Source: Xanthobacteraceae bacterium (GTDB taxonomy: Bacteria; Pseudomonadota; Alphaproteobacteria; Rhizobiales; Xanthobacteraceae). From it: a stretch of 64,000 nucleotides of DNA. Position 1 is the stretch's first letter, and the number at the start of each line of letters is the position of its first letter. The stretch lies in assembly GCA_036845025.1 (NCBI GenBank), contig DAIUEQ010000002.1, positions 5,409 to 69,408 of the forward strand. The letters are read 5' to 3'. The position numbers were made by a program, and so were the translations under genes. Shown piece by piece: positions 25,707 through 34,347 of the stretch. Under the pieces are notes generated by a model. The model did no database searches and was not told where the DNA came from. It was given only the letters and a program-made list of their open reading frames with translations.

Positions 25707-26549
25707 ATGAGGATCGATCGAGTGCCTAACAGCGTGCAAGGGATCATCGAGCAACTGGCATTGGCCAATCGCATTCTCGGCCACGAGAACGTCCTCGACG
25801 CCTTTGGTCATGTCAGCCTGCGCCATCCGGACGATCCGGGGCGCTATCTAATGGCGCGTTCCCGGTCGCCGCTGTTGGTCGAGCCGGACGACATTCTCGA
25901 GTTCACGCTTGATTCCGAGCCGGTGAAACCAACAAACGTGCGACTTTACTCCGAGCGCGTCATACACGGCGAAATCTACAAGGCGCGCGCGGATGTTGCG
26001 GCGGTTTGCCATCATCACGCTCCGGCGGTCATGCCGTTCTGCATTACCGGCAAGCCCATTGTCCCGGTGCTCCACCTCGGCGCAGCGATCGGAAAGGAAG
26101 TTCCGTTCTGGGATCAGTACGACGAATTCGGCGACACTAATCTCCTCGTGGTCAAACCGGAGGAGGGCCGGTCGCTGGCGCGCGCGCTTGGCGGCAATTC
26201 AGTAGTGCTGATGAAGCGCCATGGCGCCACCGTCATCGGCGCGAGCTTGCGCGAACTCGTCTCCCGCTCGATCTACCTGTGCTGGAACGCCGATTATCAG
26301 TTTCGCGCTGCGCTTTTCGGCGAGCTGCAGCCGCTGCATCCGGGAGAGATCAAGCTCGCCGGCGCCATCAACGTGCGACCAAGTGCGGCGGAGCGCACCT
26401 GGGAATACTGGAGCGCTCGCCTGGAGGCGAACGGCTTGTGGCCGCCGCGACGTTCGGCGAGAGCCTCGCGCCGAGGCGCGGCCAAATTGGTGCGAACAGC
26501 GGGCAGGAGAAAGTCGGTGGGTGCCCGCAAAACCAAACGGCCGCGCTAG
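25707..26549 (+). CDS. Class II aldolase/adducin-family protein (aldolase or decarboxylase) with a basic C-terminal tail
   Basis: 280 aa with family blocks (DAFGHVSLRHPD, VCHHHAP, LMKRHGATVIG). About 15 of the last 35 residues are Arg/Lys. Confidence 0.8.
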   Translation: MRIDRVPNSVQGIIEQLALANRILGHENVLDAFGHVSLRHPDDPGRYLMARSRSPLLVEPDDILEFTLDSEPVKPTNVRLYSERVIHGEIYKARADVAAVCHHHAPAVMPFCITGKPIVPVLHLGAAIGKEVPFWDQYDEFGDTNLLVVKPEEGRSLARALGGNSVVLMKRHGATVIGASLRELVSRSIYLCWNADYQFRAALFGELQPLHPGEIKLAGAINVRPSAAERTWEYWSARLEANGLWPPRRSARASRRGAAKLVRTAGRRKSVGARKTKRPR

Positions 26550-27962
26550 ATGCCCAAAGTATCGCGGCGGACATTCTTGCCTATCCTCACAAGCCTTGCC
26601 GGCTTATCGCGCGCGGCTTGGCCGGCTGCGGCCGCTACGCCGGAGACCTCGTTCCCCGCCGACTTCGTTTGGGGCGCTTCGACCTCGTCCTATCAGATAG
26701 AAGGCGCGGTCGACGCCGACGGCCGCGGCCCAAGCATCTGGGATGTGTTTAGCCACACGCCCGGCAAGGTGAAACACGACGATAACGGTGATGTAGCCTG
26801 CGACCACTATCATCGGTGGCCGGAAGATCTGGACTTGCTGGCGCGGGGCGGCTTCAACGCCTACCGCTTTTCTACCGCTTGGCCGCGCATCCTGCCTGCC
26901 GGCAGCGGCGCGGTCGAACCGCGCGGCCTCGATTTCTACGATCGCCTGGTTGACGGCTTAGTCGCGCGCGGCCTGACGCCGTGGCTCTGCCTCTATCATT
27001 GGGATTTGCCGCAGCCGTTGCAGGAGTCGGGCGGTTGGCTCAACCGCGACATTGCCGACAAATTCGCCGACTACGCGCGCATTGTGGCGCGGAGGCTCGC
27101 CGATCGCGTCAAGCACTGGGCGATGTTCAACGAGGCGAACGTGCACGCGCTGTTTGGTTACGGCATGGGCAGCCACGCGCCGGGCCTTGTCGGACTGTCC
27201 AATATGTTCTCCGCGATCCATCACCAAAACTTGGCGCAAGGACGCGCCCTGCAGGCGCTACGCGCCGAGCGGGCCGACCTTCGTCTCGGTACCGTCGCCA
27301 ATATTTCGCCGGTTCACCCATCGGCGGATCGCGACCAGGATCGCCATGCCGTCACCCGCTTCGATGCGGTGTGGAATGGTGCGTTGCTCGATCCGCTATT
27401 CAAGGGCGTGTATCCCTCGGCGATTGTCGGTGAGATGGCGCCATTCGTTCGCTCCGAAGATCTGCAAGTCATGAGGCAGCGGGTCGACTTTTTCGGGCTG
27501 AACTATTACGCACCGGCTTATGTCGCCGATGCCCCGCAAACTCTGTTCGGCGCCTGGTTTGGTGCCGCGCCGCCGGGCACACGCTTTACCTCATTCGGCT
27601 GGCCGATCGACGCCGGCGGTTTGACCGAGACGCTGATCCGGTTGCGTGACGAATACGGCAATCCGGAAACCTACGTCACCGAGAACGGCGCCTGCTACGA
27701 CGATGTGCCGGCGGCCGACGGCACCGTGAACGACCAAGATCGCATCACCTATCTGCGCGAACATATCGGCGCAGTTCGTGCCGCGCTTGCCGCCGCGGTC
27801 AACGTGCGCGGCTATTTCGTTTGGTCCCTCTTGGATAACTTCGAATGGTCCGAAGGCTATGGCCGCCGCTTCGGTCTGGTTCAGGTCGACTTTGCGACGC
27901 TCAGACGAACGCCGAAAGCGTCCTTCGCCTATCTCGCAGAAACTATTCGAAATCGCGGCTGA
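26550..27962 (+). CDS. Glycoside hydrolase family 1 beta-glucosidase with a Tat-type signal peptide
   Basis: The ATG directly follows the upstream TAG. The N-terminus MPKVSRRTFLPILTSLAGLS..AAAAT contains an S-R-R-x-F-L twin-arginine motif. GH1 blocks are present (FVWGASTSSYQIEGA, acid/base FNEANV, nucleophile YVTENG). Confidence 0.9.
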   Translation: MPKVSRRTFLPILTSLAGLSRAAWPAAAATPETSFPADFVWGASTSSYQIEGAVDADGRGPSIWDVFSHTPGKVKHDDNGDVACDHYHRWPEDLDLLARGGFNAYRFSTAWPRILPAGSGAVEPRGLDFYDRLVDGLVARGLTPWLCLYHWDLPQPLQESGGWLNRDIADKFADYARIVARRLADRVKHWAMFNEANVHALFGYGMGSHAPGLVGLSNMFSAIHHQNLAQGRALQALRAERADLRLGTVANISPVHPSADRDQDRHAVTRFDAVWNGALLDPLFKGVYPSAIVGEMAPFVRSEDLQVMRQRVDFFGLNYYAPAYVADAPQTLFGAWFGAAPPGTRFTSFGWPIDAGGLTETLIRLRDEYGNPETYVTENGACYDDVPAADGTVNDQDRITYLREHIGAVRAALAAAVNVRGYFVWSLLDNFEWSEGYGRRFGLVQVDFATLRRTPKASFAYLAETIRNRG

Positions 27963-27988
27963 AATTTTGACTCGAGGAAGTGTAGCGA

Positions 27989-28888
27989 TCAGTGCCGGTC
28001 GGGGGCGGCGGCGCTGATGGCGTTAAGTATGGCGCCGCCATCCTTCACAAGGACACCCCGCACCGATTGCTGGGTACCGATCTGTCCCATCTCGCGCTGC
28101 CGCTTCACCGTGGCGTTGCTCATGAGCGGCTCGACGCCGAGCTCGCGCAAGGTTTCCGCGACCTCTTCCATTTCGGCGGCACGCCGCTCGCCGTGCTTGG
28201 CCATTCGCTCGAGGTTGTAGGGAACGAGCTTCGACCAATCGAGGCCTGGATAATTGTTCTTGAGCGAGGCGGCGACCTGATCGACCACGCCGGCTCGCGC
28301 CGCGGCGAGAAAACACTCAAGTGTCAACGCCTCAATCCCTTTGATCATCACGCTGCGCACCATCTTGATCGCCGACGCGGCGCCAACCTCCGCACCAGCG
28401 ACGCTAACCCGCATGCCAAGCGCACCAAGCGGTGCCAAAAGCGTTGCGGCATCAGGCCCGGCAAACAGCATTGGCGTCCGGTGACGCGCCGGATGAATGG
28501 GGGCAATTACGGCGACGTCGATGTAGCGGCCGTCGGCGCCGATAAGCTTCGCTGTCTGCTGCTTACGGCTGGGCGAGACCGAATTGATGTCGAGAAGGAA
28601 GGGCCGTCCGGCCAGGTGCGGCTTGACCGAGCGAGCGGCCTCGACGCTCGATGCCGCCGTCACCGCGGACACGATAATGTCAGCGCCGCGCACGGCCTCG
28701 GCTGCCGAAGCAGCGCAGCGCACGCCGATCGTCTCGGCGGCGTCGATGAGGTGTTTGCCTTCGTGTTGCGGAAACAAGATGTCCCACGCTGCGATCCGCG
28801 CGACACCGGCTTCGCGCAAGCCCGATGCAATGGTCTGGCCGGCTTCGCCAAAACCGATAAAACAAAATGCGAGTTTTGGATCGGTCAT
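27989..28888 (-). CDS. NAD(P)-binding oxidoreductase (6-phosphogluconate/hydroxyisobutyrate dehydrogenase-like N-domain with a DUF1932-like C-domain)
   Basis: 299 aa with a Rossmann motif (FIGFGEAGQTIASGL). From memory, the C-terminal helical domain (IKMVRSVMIKGIEAL) matches the DUF1932 type. Confidence 0.65.
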   Translation of the reverse strand: MTDPKLAFCFIGFGEAGQTIASGLREAGVARIAAWDILFPQHEGKHLIDAAETIGVRCAASAAEAVRGADIIVSAVTAASSVEAARSVKPHLAGRPFLLDINSVSPSRKQQTAKLIGADGRYIDVAVIAPIHPARHRTPMLFAGPDAATLLAPLGALGMRVSVAGAEVGAASAIKMVRSVMIKGIEALTLECFLAAARAGVVDQVAASLKNNYPGLDWSKLVPYNLERMAKHGERRAAEMEEVAETLRELGVEPLMSNATVKRQREMGQIGTQQSVRGVLVKDGGAILNAISAAAPDRH

Positions 28889-28933
28889 ATTCCGCTCTGC
28901 TTCGGTGCTCGCAGATCATGACAGGATCGGTAT

Positions 28934-30283
28934 ATGATCGGCAACGCCGTCGTCACACCGCTGCAAATGGATATCCGGATGAAGCCGCTCTCTTGCCGGG
29001 ACAAGCTGGAATACGCGCTGGACCGCATCGCCGATCCGAAAGGAGAGGGCGTGCGCACCTGCCTCACCGTCTATACCAATGCAGCGCGCGCAGCCGCGGA
29101 CGCCGCCGACGCACGCGCCGCTTCCGGTATTTCGCTTGGGCCGCTCGACGGCACGATTGTGACGATCAAGGATCTCTTCGACGTCTCCGGTGAAGTCACG
29201 CGGGCCGGATCGAAGGTTCTCGCCGAAGAGGGAAAGCCTGCGGCGAAGGATGCGGTCGTGGTGCGGCGGCTACGCGCCGCCGGTGCGGTGATTGTCGGCA
29301 AGACTAACATGAGCGAGTTCGCGTTCACCGCGATTGGCGTCAATCCGCATTTCGGCACGCCCGGCAATCCCGCGGATCGCAGCCGGGTGCCGGGCGGCTC
29401 GTCATCGGGAGCCGCCGTCGCGGTTGCCGACGGCATGTGTGAGATCGCCATTGGCAGCGACACCGGCGGCTCGGTGCGGATGCCTGCTGCGCTCTGCGGC
29501 GTCGTTGGCTTCAAGCCTAGCCGCCAACGCGTATCCACCGAAGGTGCCTTTCCGCTCAGTTACTCGTATGATTCCATCGGACCGCTGGCACGCAGTGTGG
29601 CCGATTGCGCCAAGGCGGACGCCATTCTTGCGGGCGAAGATTTTTCGCCGTTGTTGCCCGCGACGCTCGATGATTTGCATGTCGGCGTTGTTGAAGGGCC
29701 GCCGCTTGCGAACCTTGACGAGTGTGTCGCCAGCGCCTTTGCCGCGGCGATCGGCCGGCTCGATCGCGCCGGCATTCGCCTCACGCGAGAGAAGTTTTCT
29801 TTGCTTGACGACATGGCAGCGGTCGATGCCAAAGGCGGCATCATCGGGGCGGAGGCTTGCGCCGTTCATCGTGACCGGATTGCTCGGCGCGGAAGCGATA
29901 TCGACGCCAACGTGCGCTACCGGATCGAGCGCGGCCGCGACATAAGTGCCGCTGATTTTGTCGACATGGTGCACGAACGCGGTCGGCTTATACGGGCGAT
30001 GGATGAAGTGCTCGAATCCTTCGATGTGCTCGCTATGCCGACTATTCCCATTGTGGCGCCGACCATTGCAGAAGTTGCGGAGCAGAAGGCGTTTTCCGCA
30101 GCCAATGCTGTCGTGCGGCGCAACACCGTGATCGGCAATTTCTTCGATCTCTGCGCGGTGTCGCTGCCGCTTTCAGCGCGGTTGCCAGTCGGGCTCATGT
30201 TGCTCGCGCGCAACGGCGGCGACCGCAAATTGTTACGGATCGCCGCCGCCATTATGGATTTTTTGCAACGCGAATCGAATTAG
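28934..30283 (+). CDS. Amidase-signature (AS) family amidase
   Basis: 449 aa with the AS motif GGSSSGAAVAVADGMCEIAIGSDTGGSVRMPA. The start may be an internal ATG (28967 or 28979), because only 45 nt separate it from the divergent gene. Confidence 0.85.
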   Translation: MIGNAVVTPLQMDIRMKPLSCRDKLEYALDRIADPKGEGVRTCLTVYTNAARAAADAADARAASGISLGPLDGTIVTIKDLFDVSGEVTRAGSKVLAEEGKPAAKDAVVVRRLRAAGAVIVGKTNMSEFAFTAIGVNPHFGTPGNPADRSRVPGGSSSGAAVAVADGMCEIAIGSDTGGSVRMPAALCGVVGFKPSRQRVSTEGAFPLSYSYDSIGPLARSVADCAKADAILAGEDFSPLLPATLDDLHVGVVEGPPLANLDECVASAFAAAIGRLDRAGIRLTREKFSLLDDMAAVDAKGGIIGAEACAVHRDRIARRGSDIDANVRYRIERGRDISAADFVDMVHERGRLIRAMDEVLESFDVLAMPTIPIVAPTIAEVAEQKAFSAANAVVRRNTVIGNFFDLCAVSLPLSARLPVGLMLLARNGGDRKLLRIAAAIMDFLQRESN

Positions 30284-30330
30284 CGAGCGATGCCGGGCGT
30301 GCGATCGTTTGCCCGCAAAGCCACAGAGTC

Positions 30331-30846
30331 CTACTCGACAACGTCGGGAACAACGTCGACGACCGCGCCGGTCGCGACATTGACGAGCAAAAGATCAGGA
30401 CCGTAGCGTACCCACTGAAAGCCGGGTTGCGGAGCTTCCAGCCCCAGCGTCGCCCAATCGGTGTAATAGTAAGCGGGTGCGAGGAAGAGCGGCGGCAAAA
30501 CGGCACCGACGGCCCAGCGGCGATACGCCCAGCCATTCGGATAGGCGAACGGAGCAAGGTGAACCCTGTTGAAGGGTCGGCCGTGATAAGTGAATTGGTG
30601 CCCTGGCGCGCCGACAACGCGTCCCACTGGCGCACCGACACCATGGCCTAATGGCGCACCGACAGCGTGATTAGGTCCCGGCGCAAGCTGCTGATGCGGC
30701 ATCGCTCCGCGTTGCGGAGCTGGATTTGGGGCCGTGCGTTGGTGGACAGCCGGCCCATTATTACGGTGCTCCGGCGGAGCTTGCGCGGCGGCCAATGTCG
30801 GCGCCCCGAGTAGCATCACCAATGCAATTGAGCTTCTTCGCATCAT
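30331..30846 (-). CDS. RcnB-like periplasmic protein with a His/Gly/Pro-rich repeat region
   Basis: Start is at ATGATG 30846 with a signal peptide (MMRRSSIALVMLLGAPTLAAAQA). VGAP repeats are present (AVGAPLGHGVGAPVGRVVGAPGH). From memory, the C-terminal block PQPGFQWVRYGPDLLLVNVATGAVVDVV resembles the RcnB/DUF family. Confidence 0.55.
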   Translation of the reverse strand: MMRRSSIALVMLLGAPTLAAAQAPPEHRNNGPAVHQRTAPNPAPQRGAMPHQQLAPGPNHAVGAPLGHGVGAPVGRVVGAPGHQFTYHGRPFNRVHLAPFAYPNGWAYRRWAVGAVLPPLFLAPAYYYTDWATLGLEAPQPGFQWVRYGPDLLLVNVATGAVVDVVPDVVE

Positions 30847-30995
30847 GGAATGAACCCTCGCTGTCAAACAAAAGGACAAAATGTCTCGTTCGGATACACT
30901 AGAGACCAGATAGACTTTGGGAAAGAGCATCGGGCCGGCACGCGAAGCCATTCACGGCCTCATTGCGAGCAAGCCAAGATCTTCGGGTGATTGAA

Positions 30996-31271
30996 TTAAA
31001 ACGGCCGCCTCAGCCGCTCCATGATTTCTCCGAGCGCGGCGACCCGCGAACCGAGCGGCGCTAGCGGAAAGGCTTGGCGCAGCCTGTTATACACGTCGGC
31101 GGCCGTTGGAGCCTCGAAATCAGCAAGCGCCGCTGCCATGGCCCGCGCCATGTCGGCTTCAGGACGGCCGCTTAATGTCGCCGGCACCATGGTAACTTCC
31201 CCGAACGGGACCGGGGGTTGCACGCGTAAGGTGATGCGGCGGGCGCCCATGGCGAGCTCCTGAGGGATCAA
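30996..31271 (-). CDS. Small hypothetical protein (84-91 aa)
   Basis: Its composition is more protein-like than the antisense ORF 31021..31263. No family recognised, and the start is uncertain (ATG 31271 or 31250). Confidence 0.35.
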   Translation of the reverse strand: MIPQELAMGARRITLRVQPPVPFGEVTMVPATLSGRPEADMARAMAAALADFEAPTAADVYNRLRQAFPLAPLGSRVAALGEIMERLRRPF

Positions 31272-31310
31272 TCTGCCCTCGTAAACTCGGCGAACTTACG
31301 AAAGTTCCGG

Positions 31311-33161
31311 TTACGGGCGTATGACAGACGAAGGGAAGCGAACGACCGAATCGCTTTCCGGAGGCGGGGCCTCCTGCTCTCTAAGCTGGAGCCGGTAGAA
31401 CGACGCATAGCGGCCGCCTTTGCGCAGCAATTCTTCATGGCGCCCGGATTCCACCACCAACCCGCTCTCCAGCACCAAGATATTGTCGGCGTGCATAATC
31501 GTGGAAAGCCGGTGAGCGATCACAAGCGTCGTGCGGCCTTTGCGCAATTCCGCGAACGCCTCCTGCACATTTTGTTCGGATTCGGAGTCGAGAGCCGCGG
31601 TCGGCTCATCGAGCAAGATGATGGGTGCATTTTTGATTAGCGCGCGCGCAATGGCGATGCGTTGCCGTTGGCCGCCGGAGAGCTGCATTCCATGTTCGCC
31701 TACCGGCGTATCGTATCCGGCGGGAAAGCCGAGGATGAAATCGTGGGCGTGGGCGGCTTTCGCGGCAGCGACGATCTCTTCGTCGCTCGCGCCGATTTTA
31801 CCGAATGCAATGTTCTCGCGGATGGTGCCGCGAAACAATTGCACGATCTGGCCGACGTAAGCGACCTGACTGCGCAGCGAATGCCGCGACACGGAGGCGA
31901 TATTTTGCCCATCAAGGAGGATGCGCCCGGATTCGACGTCGTAAAATCGTAGAACAAGATCGAACACGGTCGATTTGCCGGCGCCGGAAGGTCCGACCAG
32001 GGCGGTTAAACGGCCCGGCTGCGCTTGAAAGCTCATGCCGCGCAGCACCGGCGCGTCGGGCCGATAGGCGAAGTGGACGTCGGCGAATTCGAGCCGGCCG
32101 GTGCTGAGCTTGAGCGGTGGACGGTCGTCGTCATTCGATTCGCCCGGCGGGCTGTCGATGATTTCGTACAAGACACGAACGCCGACCAGATTGTTGTTGA
32201 GGTCGATGTTCAGGCGCGCCAGCCGCTTGGCCGGCTCGTAGGCGAGCAGAAACGCCGCCAGGAAAGAGACGAATTGGCCCGGCGTGCCGCTGCCGTGGAT
32301 GCCGCGGTAGCCGCCGTAGATCATGGCCAACGCGATGGCAAAACCGCCAAGCGTCTCCATCAAGGGGCTCGCCCGATTGGCGACCCGCGCCATCTTGTTG
32401 GATTCGCTTTCGACCGAGTCGACGCTGAGCGCAAGCCGCCGGCGCATCTCGTCTTCGAGCGAGAAAGCCTTGACCATGCGCAGACCTTGCAGCGACTCTT
32501 GCATGGTCTCGATGATGCGCGTGCCACCGGCGAACTGCATGCGCGCGATGTTGCGCACCCGGCGCAGCATCTTGCGCAGGAAAAAAACCGCCGGCGGCGC
32601 GATGATCAGCCCGCCGATCGACATTATCGGATCTTGCACAACCATGACGATCGACAAGCCGATCAAAGACATCAAATCGCGCCCGACCGCGCCGATGAGC
32701 AAATTGATGACTTGGCTTACGGCCGCGGCGCCAGTCGTCAGCCGGGAAATGAATTCAGAGGAATGGCGATCGGCAAAGTAGCCGATGTTCTCATGCAACA
32801 GCTTGTCGAACATGCGCCGTTGATTGTTGGCGACAATGCTGTTGCCGATGTAATTGAGCAAAACGGCGGCGCCGTAGGTCGCAAGGCCTTTGGTCGCGAA
32901 CACCGCCATGGCGAGCACGCCGATGACAACGATGCCGTGAAAATTGCGGGTGACATACGCTGCATTAGTCAGCGTCCCGATGAGATAAGCACCGAGCGCG
33001 GTCGCAGCGGCCGCAGCGCCCATCAGCGCCAGCGCCACCGCATAGCGCCGCCAATGGCTTAGCGCCTCATCAACGACTAAACGGCGCACCAAAGCGAAAG
33101 CGGAGTAGGAATCCGCAGATGCGGCCGTGGCGGTTTTCATGCGATCTTGACGTCCCAGCAA
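31311..33161 (-). CDS. ABC exporter, fused transmembrane and ATPase domains (MsbA/lipid-or-multidrug exporter type)
   Basis: 616 aa with a 6-TM N-domain. It has Walker A GPSGAGKST, the ABC signature LSGGQRQRIAIARAL, and Walker B ILLDEPTAALD. An alternative start is ATG 33140. It heads an LPS-core gene block. Confidence 0.9.
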   Translation of the reverse strand: MLGRQDRMKTATAASADSYSAFALVRRLVVDEALSHWRRYAVALALMGAAAAATALGAYLIGTLTNAAYVTRNFHGIVVIGVLAMAVFATKGLATYGAAVLLNYIGNSIVANNQRRMFDKLLHENIGYFADRHSSEFISRLTTGAAAVSQVINLLIGAVGRDLMSLIGLSIVMVVQDPIMSIGGLIIAPPAVFFLRKMLRRVRNIARMQFAGGTRIIETMQESLQGLRMVKAFSLEDEMRRRLALSVDSVESESNKMARVANRASPLMETLGGFAIALAMIYGGYRGIHGSGTPGQFVSFLAAFLLAYEPAKRLARLNIDLNNNLVGVRVLYEIIDSPPGESNDDDRPPLKLSTGRLEFADVHFAYRPDAPVLRGMSFQAQPGRLTALVGPSGAGKSTVFDLVLRFYDVESGRILLDGQNIASVSRHSLRSQVAYVGQIVQLFRGTIRENIAFGKIGASDEEIVAAAKAAHAHDFILGFPAGYDTPVGEHGMQLSGGQRQRIAIARALIKNAPIILLDEPTAALDSESEQNVQEAFAELRKGRTTLVIAHRLSTIMHADNILVLESGLVVESGRHEELLRKGGRYASFYRLQLREQEAPPPESDSVVRFPSSVIRP

Positions 33162-33234
33162 GCAATCGAATTCGGATAGCGCGCTCGCGTTCCATGCCCG
33201 TCAGTCACGGTTTTTACAAGCGAATTCGACCGCG

Positions 33235-34269
33235 TTAGGACCGCTGCACGGCGGAACTAAGCGTGCGGTTGCGCCCCGGACGCGCGGCTCTGCGGCCGAT
33301 AAGGTCTCGCTCCCACGTCAGCGCGTGGCTGACAATGGTCGCGAGATTATCGTAACGCGGTTCCCAGCCAAGCACGGTTCGCGCCTGTTGCGAGTTCGCG
33401 ACAATGCGCGCCGGATCGCCTTCGCGGCGCGCCGCGTTCTCGACTTTGAAATCGGCGCCGGACACTCGCTTAACAGTCTCGATCACTTCGAGTACGGAAA
33501 AGCCGTGGCCGTATCCGCAGTTGAGCGTCCGCGAGGAGCCGCCGGAGCGCAACCGTCGAAGTGCATCGCTATGCGCACGCGTCAGATCGCTCACATGGAT
33601 GTAATCGCGAATGCAGGAGCCGTCCGGCGTCGGATAATCGAGACCGAAAACTTCGAGCTTCGCACGCAGCCCAAGCGCGGTCTCGACCGCGACCTTTATT
33701 AGATGCGTTGCGCCGACGCTCGATTGTCCGGTGCGGCAGCGCGGATCAGCCCCGGCGACGTTGAAATACCGCAATATCACATAATTCAATCCGTGCGCCT
33801 TGGCCGCGTCGCGCAACATGATTTCGGTCATCAGTTTCGACCAGCCGTACGGTGAAATCGGTTGCGGCGGCGCGTCTTCGCTGACCGGACTTTCCACCGG
33901 ATTGCCGTAGACCGCGGCGGTCGATGAAAAAATGAAATGTTGGACGCCGTTACTGATCGCGCATTCGATCAACGCCCGCGAGTTTGCGGTGTTGTTGAGG
34001 TAGTAACCGAGTGGATCGCGAACCGAGTCGGGAACGACGACGGAAGCGGCAAAATGAATGATCGCCTCGATCCGGTGCTCGCGGATCAGACGGGATACTA
34101 GCGATTGATCTCCGGTATCGCCGACCACCAGCGAGGCCTGCTCGGCGACGGCCCAGCGAAAGCCGGTGGACAGATTGTCGAGAACGACGACATCCTCGCC
34201 GGCATCGACAAGCTCCAAAACCATGTGACTGCCGATGTAGCCGGCTCCGCCGGTAACCAAGACCGTCAT
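33235..34269 (-). CDS. galE: UDP-glucose 4-epimerase
   Basis: Start is at ATG 34269 (MTVLVTGGAGYIGSH). The catalytic YGWSK (YxxxK) is present, with GalE-like colinearity (RYFNVAGADP). Confidence 0.8.
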   Translation of the reverse strand: MTVLVTGGAGYIGSHMVLELVDAGEDVVVLDNLSTGFRWAVAEQASLVVGDTGDQSLVSRLIREHRIEAIIHFAASVVVPDSVRDPLGYYLNNTANSRALIECAISNGVQHFIFSSTAAVYGNPVESPVSEDAPPQPISPYGWSKLMTEIMLRDAAKAHGLNYVILRYFNVAGADPRCRTGQSSVGATHLIKVAVETALGLRAKLEVFGLDYPTPDGSCIRDYIHVSDLTRAHSDALRRLRSGGSSRTLNCGYGHGFSVLEVIETVKRVSGADFKVENAARREGDPARIVANSQQARTVLGWEPRYDNLATIVSHALTWERDLIGRRAARPGRNRTLSSAVQRS

Positions 34270-34347
34270 TTGCGCACCCGGATGCCCTCTCGGCGGCAAT
34301 ACTCTGATTAGTTAAACAGCGCGTTATGCGGTTAGATAAACACGGGG

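Noticed and set aside
27992-28921. 309-aa plus-strand ORF
   Set aside because: It is antisense to the Rossmann-fold oxidoreductase gene and has Arg/Gly/His-rich spurious composition.
32025-33062. 345-aa plus-strand ORF
   Set aside because: It is antisense to the ABC exporter gene, which has Walker A/B and the signature motif. Its composition is dominated by Arg, Ala and Asp.
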